Source: an uncultured Candidatus Saccharibacteria bacterium
GTDB taxonomy: Bacteria > Patescibacteriota > Minisyncoccia > Phycocordibacterales > UBA12088
DNA: 64,000 nucleotides
Assembly (NCBI GenBank): GCA_964409035.1
Contig: CAYPBQ010000001.1
Location: 28,024 to 92,023 of the forward strand
Direction: 5' to 3'
Made by a program: the position numbers and the translations under genes. Positions 61,525 to 64,000 of the stretch are shown piece after piece; the stretch's first letter is position 1, and every line of letters begins with the position of its first letter. The notes under the pieces were generated by a model. That model was not told the origin of the DNA, searched no databases, and saw nothing but the letters and a program-made list of their open reading frames with translations.

Positions 61525-62067
61525 TTAGAAATCTGTTTTAGATGGTCGTACGTAACCACCAGTCTGAGTCTTGGTAGCTGACGGTGTGGTTGCCTTGGTG
61601 GTGTTACTGGATTTAGGCCCGTATGGATTTTGCACTGAAGCCTCGTACCCTACATCATCTGTAGCGGGTGTGGTAAGGGTACCATCCACCGTTGATTGCG
61701 TATAGCTATCAGTATATTCACCATACATTGATTCGTCACCGGTGGGATTTATTTCATTACCCCACGCATCGGTGGTGATAGCATCAGGGCGAGGAGGACC
61801 TTCCATAATGGCGCCTTTTGTCTCATCCACCAAATCTCCTGCCTTATCAAGCACCTCAATCATTGAAGTGGCGCCATTTGTAAATGCATTGATAGCTGAT
61901 GCCTCTTGTCCATTTGGTGAAATAGTGACAGAAAGACTAGGAGAATTAAACGCGACAGATGCCCACACAAGAGTGATAAGTGCGGTGATACCACCAGAAG
62001 TCATTAGTGCAATTTGCTTTCTTTCTGCAACTGGTCGCATTCGCAACTTATCAAGAAAATCGTACAT
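61525..62067 (-). CDS. Hypothetical single-TM protein
   Basis: MYDFLDKLR..ERKQIA + TM + Thr-rich tail. Confidence 0.65.
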   Translation of the reverse strand: MYDFLDKLRMRPVAERKQIALMTSGGITALITLVWASVAFNSPSLSVTISPNGQEASAINAFTNGATSMIEVLDKAGDLVDETKGAIMEGPPRPDAITTDAWGNEINPTGDESMYGEYTDSYTQSTVDGTLTTPATDDVGYEASVQNPYGPKSSNTTKATTPSATKTQTGGYVRPSKTDF

Positions 62068-62099
62068 ATTATATATAGTATACGTTAGTATTATATTAC

Positions 62100-62738
62100 T
62101 TAGCACGATAAGACCACAACCTCTCCCGATTGAGTGTCGATGTCTTTCTTTTTTACAGTAAATTTCTCTTGCGGCTTTACACCCTCGACTCCTTCTTCTT
62201 TCAAGAATCGCTCAAGTGAGTCCTTTTCTCCAATACCCTGATAATGAATTGGAATAATTATCTTTGCATCAAGCGAGGTAGCGAGTTTGCTTGCCTCAGC
62301 AGGATCAAGCACTCCATCTCCACCAATAGGAATAAACAAAATATCTACATTATCAATTTCTTCCAAGATAGCAGGGGCAAGCTTGGCTTCAGACAATGCA
62401 CCTAAAAAGAGAAGGTCGATGCCCTCCATCTTCATAAAGTAGACACTGTTAATACGTGATGAGTCCTTTGTGTCATAGCTACTTTTTGTAGCAAATCCTT
62501 TTACAAAAATATCCTGTATTTCATATTCTCCAGGGCCAGTAATAGACACTGGCACTCTCTCGCCATGACCAACCTGATCTACACCATTCATATCAGGGTG
62601 ATTTATAGATATAAGGGCTATATCACTGCCAAATTTAGCTGAAGGAAGCCTAGAACTCTTAGACGGTGGATTATAGGCAATGGTAGTATCGCCATGAACA
62701 ATCTTTATACACTCACCGCCTAAGTGGGTAATAACCAT
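62100..62738 (-). CDS. MBL-fold metallo-hydrolase-like protein
   Basis: ITHLG, GPGEYEI, VDILFIPIGG, IIPIHY; HxxDH motif degenerate (NHPDMN). Confidence 0.8.
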   Translation of the reverse strand: MVITHLGGECIKIVHGDTTIAYNPPSKSSRLPSAKFGSDIALISINHPDMNGVDQVGHGERVPVSITGPGEYEIQDIFVKGFATKSSYDTKDSSRINSVYFMKMEGIDLLFLGALSEAKLAPAILEEIDNVDILFIPIGGDGVLDPAEASKLATSLDAKIIIPIHYQGIGEKDSLERFLKEEGVEGVKPQEKFTVKKKDIDTQSGEVVVLSC

Positions 62739-62803
62739 AGTAAGCAAAGTATAGCACACTCTTAATAATATTTAAGTAGCCAGGGTTTGTGGCTCTATTG
62801 CAA

Positions 62804-62836
62804 ATAGGAGCGGCAAAGTAACCCTGCCGCTCCTAT
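62804..62836. terminator. Hairpin terminator
   Basis: ATAGGAGCGGCA/TGCCGCTCCTAT. Confidence 0.6.
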
Positions 62837-62840
62837 CTCC

Positions 62841-63116
62841 TCAGCCCATTAGAATTCCTACCCTCATTAATGTTTTTTCACGCATCGTTGCAGAAAATTC
62901 CTTTCTACAACAAGAAATGTAAATAACATAAATCAACCATATCGGCCAAAATAGCGAATATCTGAACATGACTTTCACTCTTTTGCTTGTCTGTTCTGCC
63001 TCGCTTGAATCGCCTCTCCATATATACATAAGCAATGCGCAAGTGTAATACAGCGCAAGAAGACAAAAAGGGACTAGATAGAGCCAGCAGAAAATGAAGA
63101 GAGTTGACGTCAACAT
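62841..63116 (-). CDS. Small membrane protein (orphan)
   Basis: 2 TM, SLFWP motif, SD GGGAG. Confidence 0.5.
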   Translation of the reverse strand: MLTSTLFIFCWLYLVPFCLLALYYTCALLMYIWRGDSSEAEQTSKRVKVMFRYSLFWPIWLIYVIYISCCRKEFSATMREKTLMRVGILMG

Positions 63117-63366
63117 TCAAATCTCCCACACAGTGAAGCGCTTATCTAGTTGTATATCACCCTGAGTCAATTTGCAATTACAAGCTCATATTAAGCCAAA
63201 TCTGAGCCAGTATTCCTGTTTGCCTTTGAGAAAATAGTACAAATAAGCTATTTACACATGGAAAATGTAGGTAAAAAATTGCTTTTTGCGATACAAGTTT
63301 ACTCACACATTAAAAGTCTCATGAGAATATAATGCAATTAAGCCGTGGTTTGGCGTGTGGTGTCTA

Positions 63367-63394
63367 TTGACATTATTTCAATTTATGCTATATT
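63367..63394 (+). promoter_or_regulatory. Sigma70 promoter of candidate large ncRNA
   Basis: TTGACA-16 nt-TATATT with extended TG; +1 near 63400. Confidence 0.7.
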
Positions 63395-63399
63395 ACTCA

Positions 63400-63806
63400 T
63401 GTCGGATAGAAAAATTCTCCGACACGGACTAAAGAGGAATCCCTGACCTCCAAAAACAAATCAGGAACATCTCACACAACATTGCCCAGATGGGCAGGAG
63501 GTAGTTATGGGACCGTGATCTTTTAATGAGAGTCGAGAGGGGTTTTCTCTAATCGCCACATAGGCGGGGAGGGTAAGTCACCAAGGGCCCGAACAACGCA
63601 TGGCGTTGGGGTAGCTGTTGAGGAGAAATCTCCCATGAGGCGTCACACCCTCAGACTCCCAGAGGGAGTAACGGTGACCGGGCTGGTTCCAATAGACAAA
63701 AGAGCCGGCAGAAGCCGGCACCACTAAGGCACGAAGCGCCTTAGTGTCCGCTGAGGTTTTAAACCTCAAATCGAGGCTCGATCAAATTTGATTTTGATCG
63801 AGCCTC
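63400..63806 (+). ncRNA. Candidate large multi-hairpin ncRNA (about 400 nt)
   Basis: GC-enriched; more than 10 hairpins; long-range pairs CGGAC/GTCCG and GTCACC/GGTGAC; terminal 14-bp hairpin; no credible ORF. Confidence 0.7.
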
Positions 63807-64000
63807 TCGCCATTTTATATGTTAAACGACACCTTTACAGGCAACTCTCTTTACATAAAGCCAAATTTAGGCTAGTATTCCTACGTTCTTTTATTAGTCT
63901 CAAAGAGAAAGGCTAACCCGCATGACGTGATACGGCTACGAGAAACGAAGTCATGCGAACCAATCTCTTTCAGAATACATGAGTAAACAAAAGCAAGAAG

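Noticed and set aside
63578-63769. 63-aa minus ORF
   Set aside because: Lies antisense within the hairpin-dense RNA candidate; no recognisable features
63400-63806. RNase P RNA, tmRNA or group II intron identity
   Set aside because: GAGGAATCCC only loosely resembles GAGGAAAGUCC; no P4 3' strand, tRNA-like ends or domain V seen
63881-64000. Possible 3' end of a minus-strand gene at the window edge
   Set aside because: Only about 39 codons visible; no recognisable motif

Overview
Bacterial chromosomal window, about 42% GC by eye, with genes mostly on the minus strand. Gene content suggests a Patescibacteria/CPR (Parcubacteria-like) genome; this is inferred from VirB2/TrbC-type pilin arrays, short IF2, TGS-terminated Rel, a membrane-anchored Clp ATPase and apparently leaderless genes. 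Housekeeping genes include typA, dnaX, dus, ftsQ, serS, dprA, topA, relA, parB, miaA, rpmG, clpB, iscS, infB, rbfA, thyA-like, tmk and gyrA, plus 8 tRNAs. The most striking unexplained features are: (1) two stand-alone, heavily base-paired non-coding units, each with a TTGACA promoter and terminal hairpin (14877-15104, containing a tRNA-like module; 63400-63806, about 400 nt); (2) a family of structured elements downstream of tRNAs, framed by antisense and sense copies of the host tRNA 3' end, with a shared hairpin core showing compensatory changes; (3) paralogous pilin-domain proteins with swapped C-terminal peptidoglycan hydrolase domains, plus a 7-gene pilin array in which two genes share a 173-bp identical core. 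All family assignments come from motif recognition by eye; no database searches were run.
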